Source of the DNA: Podarcis erhardii
Lineage: Eukaryota
Strand: one strand, 5' to 3'
Assembly (NCBI GenBank): GCA_964252035.1
Contig: OZ176200.1
DNA length: 64,000 nt
This document shows positions 49,959 through 60,186 of this stretch, piece after piece. The position numbers and the translations under genes were made by a program. Position 1 is the stretch's first letter; every line of letters begins with the position of its first letter. A model generated the notes under the pieces. That model searched no databases. It saw nothing but the letters and a program-made list of their open reading frames with translations, and was not told where the DNA came from.

Positions 49959-50667
49959 TGTTTAGTATTATGTATGAAGGGATGCATTAAACAGTCTCTC
50001 CAGCATTGTAGATTTTTGAGGGACTATTTACTGAGAACTTCCACGGGTGCCATAGTGGGCCCACTGGAGCCTGCAGGCACCACACTAATATCCTCTGTGA
50101 TGCAATATCTATGCACAAAAACCTTGGCCTGTGCTCAATCTGTATAGATGTCTAAACTAGCCATAGATCACAAGACTCCAGCCATCTCATCCCAACCCAA
50201 AGGAAACCAATCCTCTAAGTACATGCTGCAGCCCTGGTGTTCTCATAGCTCGGAGAACTGGGGTGCAGTCATATAACAGTATTTTAAATGTTGGGAAGTG
50301 GGGAGAGGATTCCGGCCCTCTTGGCAATTTTATCAATATACGTATGACTGCTAGCACCTCATTTTTTACCTGACTGAGACTGAAGAGGACAAAGCTGACA
50401 GCCAGGGACTGGACTTAAGTTGATGGGGCAGTGCCCATCAGTGATTGGGGCAGTGCCCATCCATCAGCTTCCAATGATTAAATCTATCAGAGCTTTGTGC
50501 AGGGCTGCACAGACTACTCCAAGCCAATGCCTCCACCAGCCACAGCCACTGTGAAAAAGGCCTACATGCCTGTGTATACATAGAGCTCCTCCACATGGCA
50601 GAAGATCCTATTGGCTCAGGATTTCTATCCATACACACAACATGCATGAAGGGGCTCTATGCATGTA

Positions 50668-50909
50668 CAGTGGTACCTCGGGTTACATACGCTTCAGGTT
50701 ACAAACACTTCAGGTTACAGACTCCGCTAACCCAGAAATAGTGCTTCAGGTTAAGAACTTTGCTTCAGGATGAGAACAGAAGTTGTGCTCCAGCGGCAAG
50801 GCGGCAGTGGGAGGCCCCATTAGCTAAAGTGGTGCTTCAGGTTAAGAACAGTTTCAGGTTAAGAACAAACCTGCAGAACGAATTAAGTACGTAACCAGAG
50901 GTACCACTG
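50668..50909. mobile_element. Tigger/pogo-like (Tc1/mariner) MITE, 242 bp
   Basis: 19-bp TIR CAGTGGTACCTC(G/T)GGTTAC, TA TSD at 50666-50667 and 50910-50911, and internal TTCAGGTTA repeats. Confidence 0.9.
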
Positions 50910-51740
50910 TATATCATGATGTGCCTCAGGCCATTTCCTGGCCATTGGACATGCAGCTGGCAGAAGGCATGGCCAACGGTCCATCAGGCAAGGCTATATT
51001 CTCATTGCACCTTCTTTTATGTGAAAGAGCATTTGTCTGGACCCCTCTCTGTGTTGGGCTGTGGTCCCTGGTCACCTGTCTCTGTGTTTCCCTCTCAATC
51101 CTCTTTACGCATACTGTTTACTGTAGCCTTGCATAGAAGGCAGCTCATATGTGCTGGAGAGCTGGGGATGGGAGATCCTTTTCTGCCTCGTGTTCCAAGG
51201 AATAATGATGTCAAAAGCAGAATATCATTTCAGCTGCAGGCTGGAGGGATGTGAAGCAGCACAAAGGACACTTATCAAATCTCCTGGGGTTCGTTCAACA
51301 TGTCAGCACAAATGCTCTTGTCAGTCCTCTGGCTTGTGATGCAGATAACCAGAACTGGCAGCCATCAGTGCAAACTGCTCACTTAAAGGGAAAGGAAGAG
51401 CTGTCACTGCTCATTTATTTATCTGCTGTGCTTTGGAGCCATAATACCATAGGAGTATTATTAAATCATCAGAGGCAGCCTTAGGACGGAACGAGAGGTG
51501 CATGACCTAAACAGTCAGGGAACCCTCTCACCTCCAGCCACTTATGGCAAGAGAGTATCATGGGGGTTGTGCGATCAGAGGCCTTGTGGGAAGGTGGGTG
51601 ACATAAATGCCATTCACTTTCTAGCATAATCAGTGTGAATGCTGGGTAGAGCAAAGGCACTTCCAAACTGCTGCTATTTTGGGGTGGGCAGTGGTGCGAG
51701 GTAAGTGGACTAGAGGGACTAGGCTAATCCGTGCACAACC

Positions 51741-52120
51741 CAAAGTGTTGGCGCTGACCTTTAAAGCCTTAAACGGCCTCAGCCCAGTGTACCTGAAGCA
51801 GCGTCTCCACCCCCATCTTTCTACCCGGACACTGAGGTCCAGCTCCGAGGGCCTTCTGGCAGTTCCCTCACTGTGAGAAGCAAAGTTACCAGGCAGAGGG
51901 CCTTCTCGGTAGTGGCACCTGCCTTGTGGAACGCCTTCCTATCAGATGTCAAGAAAATAAACAACTATCTGACTTTTAGAAGGCATTTGAAGGCAGCCCT
52001 ATTTAGGGAAGTTTTTAATGTTTGATGTTTTATTGTGTTTTTAATATCCTGTTGGAAGCCGCCCGGAGTGGCTGGGAGGCCCAGGTGGGCGGGGGATAAG
52101 TAATAAATTATTATTATTAC
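51741..52120 (+). mobile_element. L2 LINE 3' fragment with (ATT)n tail
   Basis: ORF 51679-51876 (KVLALTFKALNGLSPVYLKQRL) and the L2 terminus GGGCGGGGATAAGTAATAAATTATTATT. Confidence 0.9.
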
Positions 52121-53439
52121 TGTTGTTGTTGGCTCCTAAATGTTCCCCCGGCACCTACTTCCGAAAGCCTGAGAAGCTTCTGTCCAGCTTAGGGAGGCAT
52201 AAGGCTCTGATTGGTCCAAGATCTGTTCTGCTATCCAGCTTTTGGAAGGAGGCAGAAGTGCTCCAGCATCCTGTCAGAGCCTTGGTGTCTACTTCACAAA
52301 GCCCAGGACATGTCTGTCTGCACGTGTGAGCATCATACATCCCTAAGCCAATGTCAAGGTATGAGGACAGCGTGCACACAATGTCCCGTCCTGCCCCCCA
52401 GTTGCTTTCTGGCCCTAACTGTTCCCTACAACAACAACAACAACAACGAAGTCCTGCACACCACTGGGAGTGGGGTTCAGTTACATACTGGCAAATTCAA
52501 GCTTCACAATTAAAGTTAATTTGGGGCTCCTGTTCAACAAACTAAAATCCACCATCACCACCTCCCGCCCAAAATTGCACTTTCTGCAATAAGAAAAGTG
52601 ATGGGGAAAATGTGCTGGAAAAGGTGGGATAGTATAAGCTCCCCCCACAAACACATTTGTATTTGCTTTTATTTGCTTTTGTTTTATTATGTGTTTTGTA
52701 TTCTCATTTTGTATTTTTATGTTACGAATTGCCCTGTGATCAGCGGATCGAGGGCAGTATGAAAATGTAATAAATAAATAAAGAGAATAATAATAATATG
52801 GATGCTCAATAAATAAATCCTCAATAAATAGGTCATCTGGAAGCACTTGTTCTTTCATAGTTTTCTTTCCTGGTAAAGGTGTACAAAATGACAGAACTGG
52901 GACAAGGTAGTTATGTACATATTCTGATGATTTCACACATATTTAAGTAAACAATTTGATTATGAAATGGAAACTTTGCCCTTCTCTTAAATGTATGCTG
53001 AGTATTTTATAAAATAAAACAAATATTGTATCTAAATTAAGAATTAAAAAGGATATAAACAAGGTGCATTTGATGGGCTGATACTCTTCTTCAAATGCAG
53101 AAGCATCATGTTTTAAGTGGAAACAAACTGTTTCTGAGCACATTGTGTTTTTAATGTTTAAATAATAATAATTAGCCATTATAGTTCACTGTTAAAGAAA
53201 GGGCACATTCACACAGTGAAGAAGAAGGGCAGACTAACTTTCGCTAGATGACTCTTACATAATTTTATTTCACAAAATTTATACACCAGTTGATTACAAA
53301 AAACCGAAAACAAAACCTTAAAGCGGATTACAAAAAGATAAAACAATAACATTTTGAAGAATTCACAACCCTACTTTAAAACATACAAAGGTTAAAATAC
53401 TAAAACAGATTAAAATTACCCAAAATAACTTCTGGGTAA

Positions 53440-53795
53440 AAGGTAAAGGTAAAGGGACCCCTGACCATTAGGTCCAGTTGTGACCGACTCTGGGGTTGCA
53501 GCGCTCATCTCACTTTATTGGCTGAGGGAGCCGGCGTACAGCTTCCGGGTCATGTGGCCAGCATGACTAAGCCACTTCTGGTGAACCAGAGCAACGCACA
53601 GAAACGCCGTTTACCTTCCCACTGGAGCGGTACCTATTTATCTACTTGCACTTTGACATGCTTTCGAACTGCTAGGTTGGCAGGAGCAGGGACTGAGCAA
53701 CAGGAGCTCACCCCGTCGCGGGGATTCAAACCTCTGACCTTCTGATCTGCAAGTCCTAGGCTCTGTGGTTTAACCCACAGCGCCACCCACATCCC
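53440..53795 (-). mobile_element. Sauria SINE, full length
   Basis: Head, B box and (TTTACC)n tail; 16-bp TSD AATAACTTCTGGGTAA (53424-53439) / AACAACTTCTGGGTAA (53796-53811). Confidence 0.92.
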
Positions 53796-53982
53796 AACAA
53801 CTTCTGGGTAAGTTTGTCTAAACAAGAATGTTTTTAGCAGGTGCTGAAAAGAGTGAAGTGAAGGCATCTGATTGATCTCAATAGGCAGGGAGTTCCAAAG
53901 TGATCTTATCAGTTTGGAATGGGTATTATATGGCACCTGGAGTAGCACCAGTTCTGCCAATTGAAGCAGTCAAGTGTGCATA

Positions 53983-55066
53983 CCGTATTTTTCGCCCCAT
54001 AGGACGCACCGGCCCATAGGACGCACCTAGTTTTGGGGGGGGGGAAATCAAGGAAAAAAATTTGATTCCCCCCCCCCCAGCCTGCAGAGGCTTTGCACAG
54101 CCATCCCCAAGCTAGAAGAGGGAGATGGAGCGCTCCATCTCCCTCTTCTGCCTTCAGGGACAGCCTCCCTAGCCTCCGTGGGGCAGCAGCTTGCCCCGCT
54201 GTCCCCCGAGCTTGTGGGGCTGGCGGTGGGGAGAAGCAAGCAAGCTTCTCCCCACGCCAGCCTCCAAACCAGGTCGGGGAATAGCGGGATGGCGGCGCTC
54301 CGCCTCCCCGCTGTCCCCCGAGCTTGTGGGGCTGGCTGTGGGGAGAAGCTTGCTTGCTTCTCCCCACCGCCAGCCCCCAAACCAGGTCGAGGAATAGAGG
54401 GATGGCGGCGCTCCGCCTCCTCGCTGTCCCCCGAGCTTGTGGGGCTGGCTGTGGGGAGAGGCTTGTTTGCTTCTCCCCACGCCAGCCCCCAAACCAGGTC
54501 GGGGAATAGCGGGATGGCGGCGCTCCACCTCCCCGCTGTCCCCCGAGCTTATGGGGCATGCTGTAGGGAGAAGCTTGCTTGCTTCTCCCCACCGCCAGCC
54601 TCCAGACCAGGTAGGGGAATAGCGGGATGGCAGCGCTCCGCCTTCCCGCTGTCCCCCAGCTTGTGGGGCTGGCTGTGGGGAGAAGCTTGCTTGCTTCTCC
54701 CCACTGCCAGCCTCCAAACCAGGTCGGGGAATAGCGGGATGACGGCGCTCCGCCTCCCCGCTGTCCCCCGAGCTTGTGGGGCTGCCCGATATCTGCTCGA
54801 AGCCGGGGTGCGCTCCGGAGCGCGCCCCATGCTTCGCGCTGCAGGCTGCCGCCCGCAAGCCTTGCGAGCCTGGTGGGCACTGCCGCGGGCTCCCAAAGCT
54901 TGCGGATAGCTTCCTGAAGCCTGAAGAGCGAGAGGGGTCGGTGCGCACCGACGCCTCTCGCTCTCCAGGCTTCAGCGAAAGCCTGCATTCGCCCCATAGG
55001 ACGCACACACATTTCCCCTTCATTTTTGGAGGAGGAAAAGTGCGTCCTATAGGGCGAAAAATACGG
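53983..55066. mobile_element. Tc2/pogo-like non-autonomous DNA transposon (1084 bp) with internal GC-rich tandem repeat
   Basis: 27-bp TIR CCGTATTTTTCGCCC(C/T)ATAGGACGCAC and TA TSD at 53981-53982 and 55067-55068. CCGTA termini are typical of the Tc2 group. Confidence 0.88.
54198..54782. repeat. tandem repeat, 5 full units of 112/113 bp plus a partial sixth
   Basis: GCTGTCCCCC unit starts at 54198, 54310, 54423, 54535, 54648 and 54760. Confidence 0.95.
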
Positions 55067-56197
55067 TATATGGGTTGAGGCGATCTCTCAGGCAAGCTGG
55101 TCCCAAGTTGTTAAGGCCTTTATATGCTAATAGTAACACCTTGAACTTGTCACGGTAGCAAATCAGCAACCAGTGCAGATCTCTGACCGCAGGTGTTATA
55201 TTCTCACAAAGCTGTCGGAATCAGTCCGTGCAGTGATTTGCAGATGCTGATGAATGAGATGATGCCTTTGCTTCTGTTTCAAACCACAGGCTGCTATGGA
55301 AGTCTTTCCCAATTGTTGGCATGTAATTCCTAAGATCTTCCACTTGGTGTCCTCATTTACTCTCTTTAGAAATGGGGGAATGGGGAATTCTTTTTTTATA
55401 TCTATTTAGTTTAAGGAAAGCTGCATTTGAGCAGCTGGATGCCACAAGTTTGCTCAGGGTGGCCAGATGCAACAGTGTTTTCTGCCCAGTTTGTGAATCT
55501 AGAACACGATCCAAGAAAGTTAAGCACTTCCAGGTCTGATTGATTTCAATGGGAAAGCTTAAAATATGCTTGCAGTTCCCTTGCTGAAATCACTGGGACT
55601 TCAAAGCTGGAATCCTATACACACTTGCCTGGGGGTAGGGCTGGGTAGATTTTGGTTTCACTCATTCTTTTCTTCACAGTTCCACATCATTTTGCAATTA
55701 CTTTAAAAAATATCCTCCTAAAAATTTAAAAGCAAATAAACAAACCAATTTTAACAAGGAGGAATAACAGAGATGGGCACAACACAGAAGCTAACACCAA
55801 AAATCTAACACATCACAGCCTTTCCAAACTCCTCTCTCACTGCACTCAAACCTTGTTTTAAAATGCCACTTCCCTCCTTCAGCATCACCCCCTCCTCATT
55901 CTACTCCAACCTGTTTAAAACAGTCAGTTTCCCCCTCTTATTGTTTCCCCATCCCTCCTTTACTTTGCCCTTGTTTAAAGTCACACATTTCCTCAATGTA
56001 CCTCCACTCAGCTTTACTTAAACTTCTGCTGTTGTTTGAAACAGCCATTTTTTTCCTTTCATTGTCTCTAGCTTTTTGCCGTACTCAAACATCTCACGCT
56101 TCCATTCTTCATGGGAAAACCTCAAATTTTCCATAGTACCTTCACACAATGGATTTCATTCTTGGTACCATGTGTTGTCCTCAACATAAAACTTCAA

Positions 56198-56466
56198 GCC
56201 AGTGTGGTGTAGTGGTTAAGAGTGGTAGATTCATAATCTGGGGAACCAGGTTCGTGTCTCCGCTCCTCCACATGCAGCTGCTGGGTGACCTTGGGCCAGT
56301 CACACTTCTTTGAAGTCTCTCAGCCCCACTCACCTCACAGAGTGTTTGTTGTGGGGGAGGAAGGGAAAGGAGAATGTTAGCCGCTTTGAGACTCATTTGG
56401 GTAGTGATAAAGCAGGATATCAAATCCAAACTCCTCCTCCTCCTCCTCCTCCTCCTCCTCTTCTTC
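56198..56466 (+). mobile_element. tRNA-headed SINE with CORE/L2-like tail (Squam3/MIR-like) and (CTC)n(CTT)n end
   Basis: A-box TGGTGTAGTGGTTAAG, B-box-like GGTTCGTGTC, core GTGACCTTGGGCCAGTCAC and tail AGCCGCTTTGAG. Confidence 0.8.
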
Positions 56467-56727
56467 AAATTCAGTGTAGTAATTTAGAACTTATTAAGAA
56501 GCTAACACACAACATCCAGCAACTGGACTTAACCTTCTCTGACAGAACAAGCTAACAAGCTTACGAGCCTATCCATCTTTAAAAAAATACAATGACATGG
56601 AATTAGGGACAGCATGAAAATTGGGGTAGTCTATGGGTAAGGGGGCACTGAGAAAAGTAAAGAAATTGGGGGAGGAAATGAAGGTGAACACAGGAGTCAA
56701 AGGATGGTTGCACAAAAGGAGGGAGTA

Positions 56728-56987
56728 CACTGGTACCTCTGGTTGCGAACGGGATCCGTTCCAGAGGCCCATTCAAAACATGAAAAGAGCACAACCCACA
56801 GCGGCCTGTCTGTGCACGTGCGGGTTGCAACCTGCCGCTTCTGCGCATGCACGTGATGTCATTTTCCGCTTCTGCACATGCACGAGTGGCGAAACCCAGA
56901 AGTAACCCTTTCCAGTACTTATGGGTCGCCGCGGGACATAACCTGAAAGAACGTAACATGAAGCAGACGTAACATGAGGTATGACTG
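56728..56987. mobile_element. Tigger/pogo-like MITE, diverged
   Basis: TA-CACTGGTACCTC ... GAGGTATGACTG-TA termini. Confidence 0.75.
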
Positions 56988-58301
56988 TAGTAAGAATGGG
57001 CAAAAGGGATGAAGATGAGAGCAGGGGCATGGAAGCGTGACTTCATAGCCGGGCAAAAGGTTATAAGGATACTTGGTAGTTGCAATGTGAGGGAGGAGGA
57101 AGATACAAGAGGTTACCATGGGGTGGTTTGTGTGCTTGGTGGGGGTCCACAAAATAAGGGGGAACACATGGTCATCAGGGGGGAGGTGAAAATGGGTGCA
57201 AAGTGGGGCTGCAGAACAGAAGAGAGGCTTCGGAAATGGAGTTGGGAAGGTGAAAAATGAGGCTAGTAGTTGCATGGGGTTGGAAGGAGACGCTCCAGGG
57301 AGTTATTGTAGGGGGAATGGCAGCAGAGTTGGTGAGAGGAGTGAGCAGGGGTGCAGCCCCTAGTCTAATATAAAAGCAGAAGAGCTTTTCCTAAAGATCA
57401 GCATTAAAAAAATTAAGTTTAACCTACGCATTCAGAAGTAGGAGCTTACTCCCTGGAAACGGTACATAGGATTGCAATCATGCTGATCCTAATCAAGTGG
57501 GTATTGTGCAGTATCTTGCTGCTCTTTGGGTTTGTGTATTTTAAGGACTGACAAAGATGCTCGGCTTTTTAAAGACTCGTTAGGGGCATGGCTATGTAGA
57601 CTATCATGGCGAGATCCTGAGTTTCAAAACTTGCCACTTGATACCTGTCTTCTTTTTCACAGCCACCATAACTAGGGAGTATTGCCCTAACTGAACACAG
57701 TGGGTCTGAGAAAACAGCCGTAGGTTTCTGCTGCATAGCCCTTACATTGGACTAGGCTGTTTCTTTGTAGTAGGGCATGCAAGATAATCACAAAGTTTTT
57801 GAAACTATTTTTCAGCGGCTTATAATTCAGCTGTACATAAAAGCAGTTTTGTAGCATCAGCTTATTTTTAAAATGTGGTTTATTTTTTATTGAGGGGCTT
57901 CTTGCCTCTTTCCGATACATGCTTTCCATAGCTAAAGTTAAGATCAAATTACCATTTAATTTTCCATGTGCACATTTTTGAAGCATCCAGCCTCAGAATG
58001 AAGCATTCATGACAAAATAGGTTGTGTGTCCGTGCTTGTTGCCTTGCCATGTGTTTGCATCAAGACAATATAAATTCTTCAGCAAGCTCACTGGAGCTAA
58101 TTGGATTAGAGTTCCGTTACGTTGATCCCATGAAGACATTTGTCCCTGGAGGCCCTTTATGTTAAAAACAAATTATCAGTGGGGCCTTTTTGTAATTAAA
58201 TTAATGCTTCAACACACTTCCTCCGTCTTGACACTGAAAGACGGCAGACATGGCTAGATAAACACAGCCGCCTGTCAACACAGCATATACTATTTGCTTT
58301 T

Positions 58302-59389
58302 TTTTCTGTATATAATTTTTATTAATTTTCCAATAAAAACAAATTTATAGCACAATTAAACATTAGGAATTCATCACACGTCTTTTTTCTTTTAGACTTC
58401 CATCAACATGTCTGATAATTTTCCGTAGTTATTACATATCTTCACATTTCTTCATTTATATTGCACTATGTATATCTTATCTTACCATGTTATTTAAACA
58501 ATATTTCTACCAAACCTTCTTACAGAGCTTCTTGGAAACTTACAAACATTATATCATTATCACAAATATTTTTAATATATTCTGTAAATTTATTCCAGTC
58601 CTCAGTGAATCTTTGGTCCCGTCGGTTGCGAATCCTCCCTGTTAATCTGTCCAGTTCTGCATAATCCATTAATTTCGTTCTCCATTCTTCAATCGTGGGC
58701 ATTTCTTCTTGTTTCCATTTCTGGGCCACAAGAATTCTAGCTGCTGTTACTGCATACAAAAATACTTTCTGATCCTTCCTTTTTATCTCACCACCTAAAA
58801 TTCCTAATAGGAATGCTTCTGGTTTTTTAACAAATGTATATTTCAATATTTTCTTTATCTCATTATATATCATTTCCCAGAAGCACTTCATTTTTTTACA
58901 TTCTCACCACATATGATAAAATGTCCCTTCTTTCTCCTTACATTTCCAACATTTATTACTCACCTTATACATCTTACGTAATTTGACTGGTGTTATATAC
59001 CATTGATATATCATTTTCATAACATTTTCTTTAATTGTGGTGCATGCTGTAAATCTCATCCCTTCCTTCCATAACTTTATCCAATCATCAAATTGAATGT
59101 TATGTCCAAAATCTTTGGCCCATTGAATCATAACTGATTTAACCTCTTCATCCTTCAAATGCCATTCTAATAGTAATTTATACATCATAGATAAATTTTT
59201 AACTTCATTATTCAATACTTCTCATTGAAACCTAGATTCTTTTTCAAAATAGCCTCTTTCTGCAACCTGAACCTGAACATTTCTAAACATTTCATTAATC
59301 TGAAAGTAATGCAGTCAATCATTTACATGTTCTTTCACTTCTTCATATGGTTTCATTTTCCACTTACTTACTTCTTTCTCGATATACTG
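58302..59389 (-). mobile_element. 5'-truncated L1/Tx1 LINE (ORF2 C-terminus, disrupted)
   Basis: ORFs 58904-59215 (QWYITPVKL...CWKCKEKEGTFYHMW) and 58520-58891; 14-bp TSD TACTATTTGCTTTT at 58288-58301 and 59390-59403. Confidence 0.9.
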
Positions 59390-60051
59390 TACTATTTGCT
59401 TTTGGAGCAGAAATCTGGAAGCCAAGGCCTACATAACTCAGTGTCTCTCTTTCTCAATTTAGACAAAAGGATGTGCTTGCTGCTTTCTGTTCCTGATCTG
59501 TAGGACCAATGCAACAATTAAGAGTTTGCTAATACAGATGATGCTGTTTACCCATGGTGACGCTTCTGCCATTTCAGGGTGACCATGGGCCTGTGCAATA
59601 GAATCTTTAGTTAGATTGCAGCCAGGTTTCATGAGCTCATGTGCATGAGATTACACTATGTTAGCTAGTGTGATTTGTCCAATGTATGTAATCCTTCCTT
59701 GCCAAAAAGTGGGGAGAATTGTGCGTGTCCGGCGAGCTGGCATGGGGTGCATATTTGCATTGTGCCAGGATCACACACTCCCAGAGCTAGTCCCATTCCC
59801 TATTGTGTGGGGGCAGGATCACAAGGGCTGAGGGCTGAACTTAATTGATACCGTGTGGGATTTTCCCCAATCCCCCACTGTCAGGGACTGGACTGAAGAG
59901 GAGGGCTGGGAATTGCCCCCTCCTCTCCCCCTCTGCTTCCTTCAGAGGGGGAGGGGAAGAATCACCCCCCCCCCAATAGCTGCAAGAGGAGAAGGAGACA
60001 GGGTTGAATTACAACAAGATGCTGAACTGCCAATTTATGAAAACAAAATGT

Positions 60052-60089
60052 GTATCTGAAGAAGTGTGCATGCACACGAAAGCTCATAC
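60052..60089 (+). ncRNA. minimal type I hammerhead ribozyme motif
   Basis: GUAU-CUGAAGA-A-GUGUG(CAUG)CACAC-GAAA-GC-UC-AUAC; predicted cleavage 3' of C60085. Confidence 0.7.
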
Positions 60090-60186
60090 CTAGAACTAAC
60101 TTAGTTGGTCTTTAAGGTGCTACTGGAAGGAATTTTTTTATTTTGTTTTGACTATGGCAGACCAACACGGCTACCTATCTGTAACT
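60052..60186 (+). mobile_element. short Penelope-like element remnant
   Basis: Matches 19690-19781 in reverse complement; flanked by a duplicated AACTGCCAATTTATGA (60025-60040, 60183-60198). Confidence 0.7.

Larger units (their letters stand above)
53268..55210 (-). mobile_element. old L2 fragment split by a Sauria SINE (53440-53795) and a Tc2-like MITE (53983-55066)
   Basis: L2-like segments at 53268-53439, 53812-53980 (AATAGGCAGGGAGTTCCAAAG) and 55069-55210 (AACACCTTGAACTTG...AGCAACCAGTGCAG). Confidence 0.6.

Noticed and set aside
54198-54782. CRISPR-like look of palindromic regularly spaced repeats
   Set aside because: The whole unit is repeated with no unique spacers, the context is a vertebrate genome, and there are no cas genes.
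53909-55095. Long ORFs of 367, 308 and 243 aa with repeated peptides
   Set aside because: They arise from a stop-poor GC-rich tandem repeat inside a MITE, are open on both strands, and show no transposase motifs.
56198-56270. tRNA gene
   Set aside because: The A/B boxes belong to a SINE head followed by a CORE and tail; there is no full cloverleaf.
56604-57362. G-rich element with TAGGG...CCCTA ends as a hAT transposon hosting the Tigger MITE
   Set aside because: The TIR is short and imperfect, and there is no 8-bp TSD.
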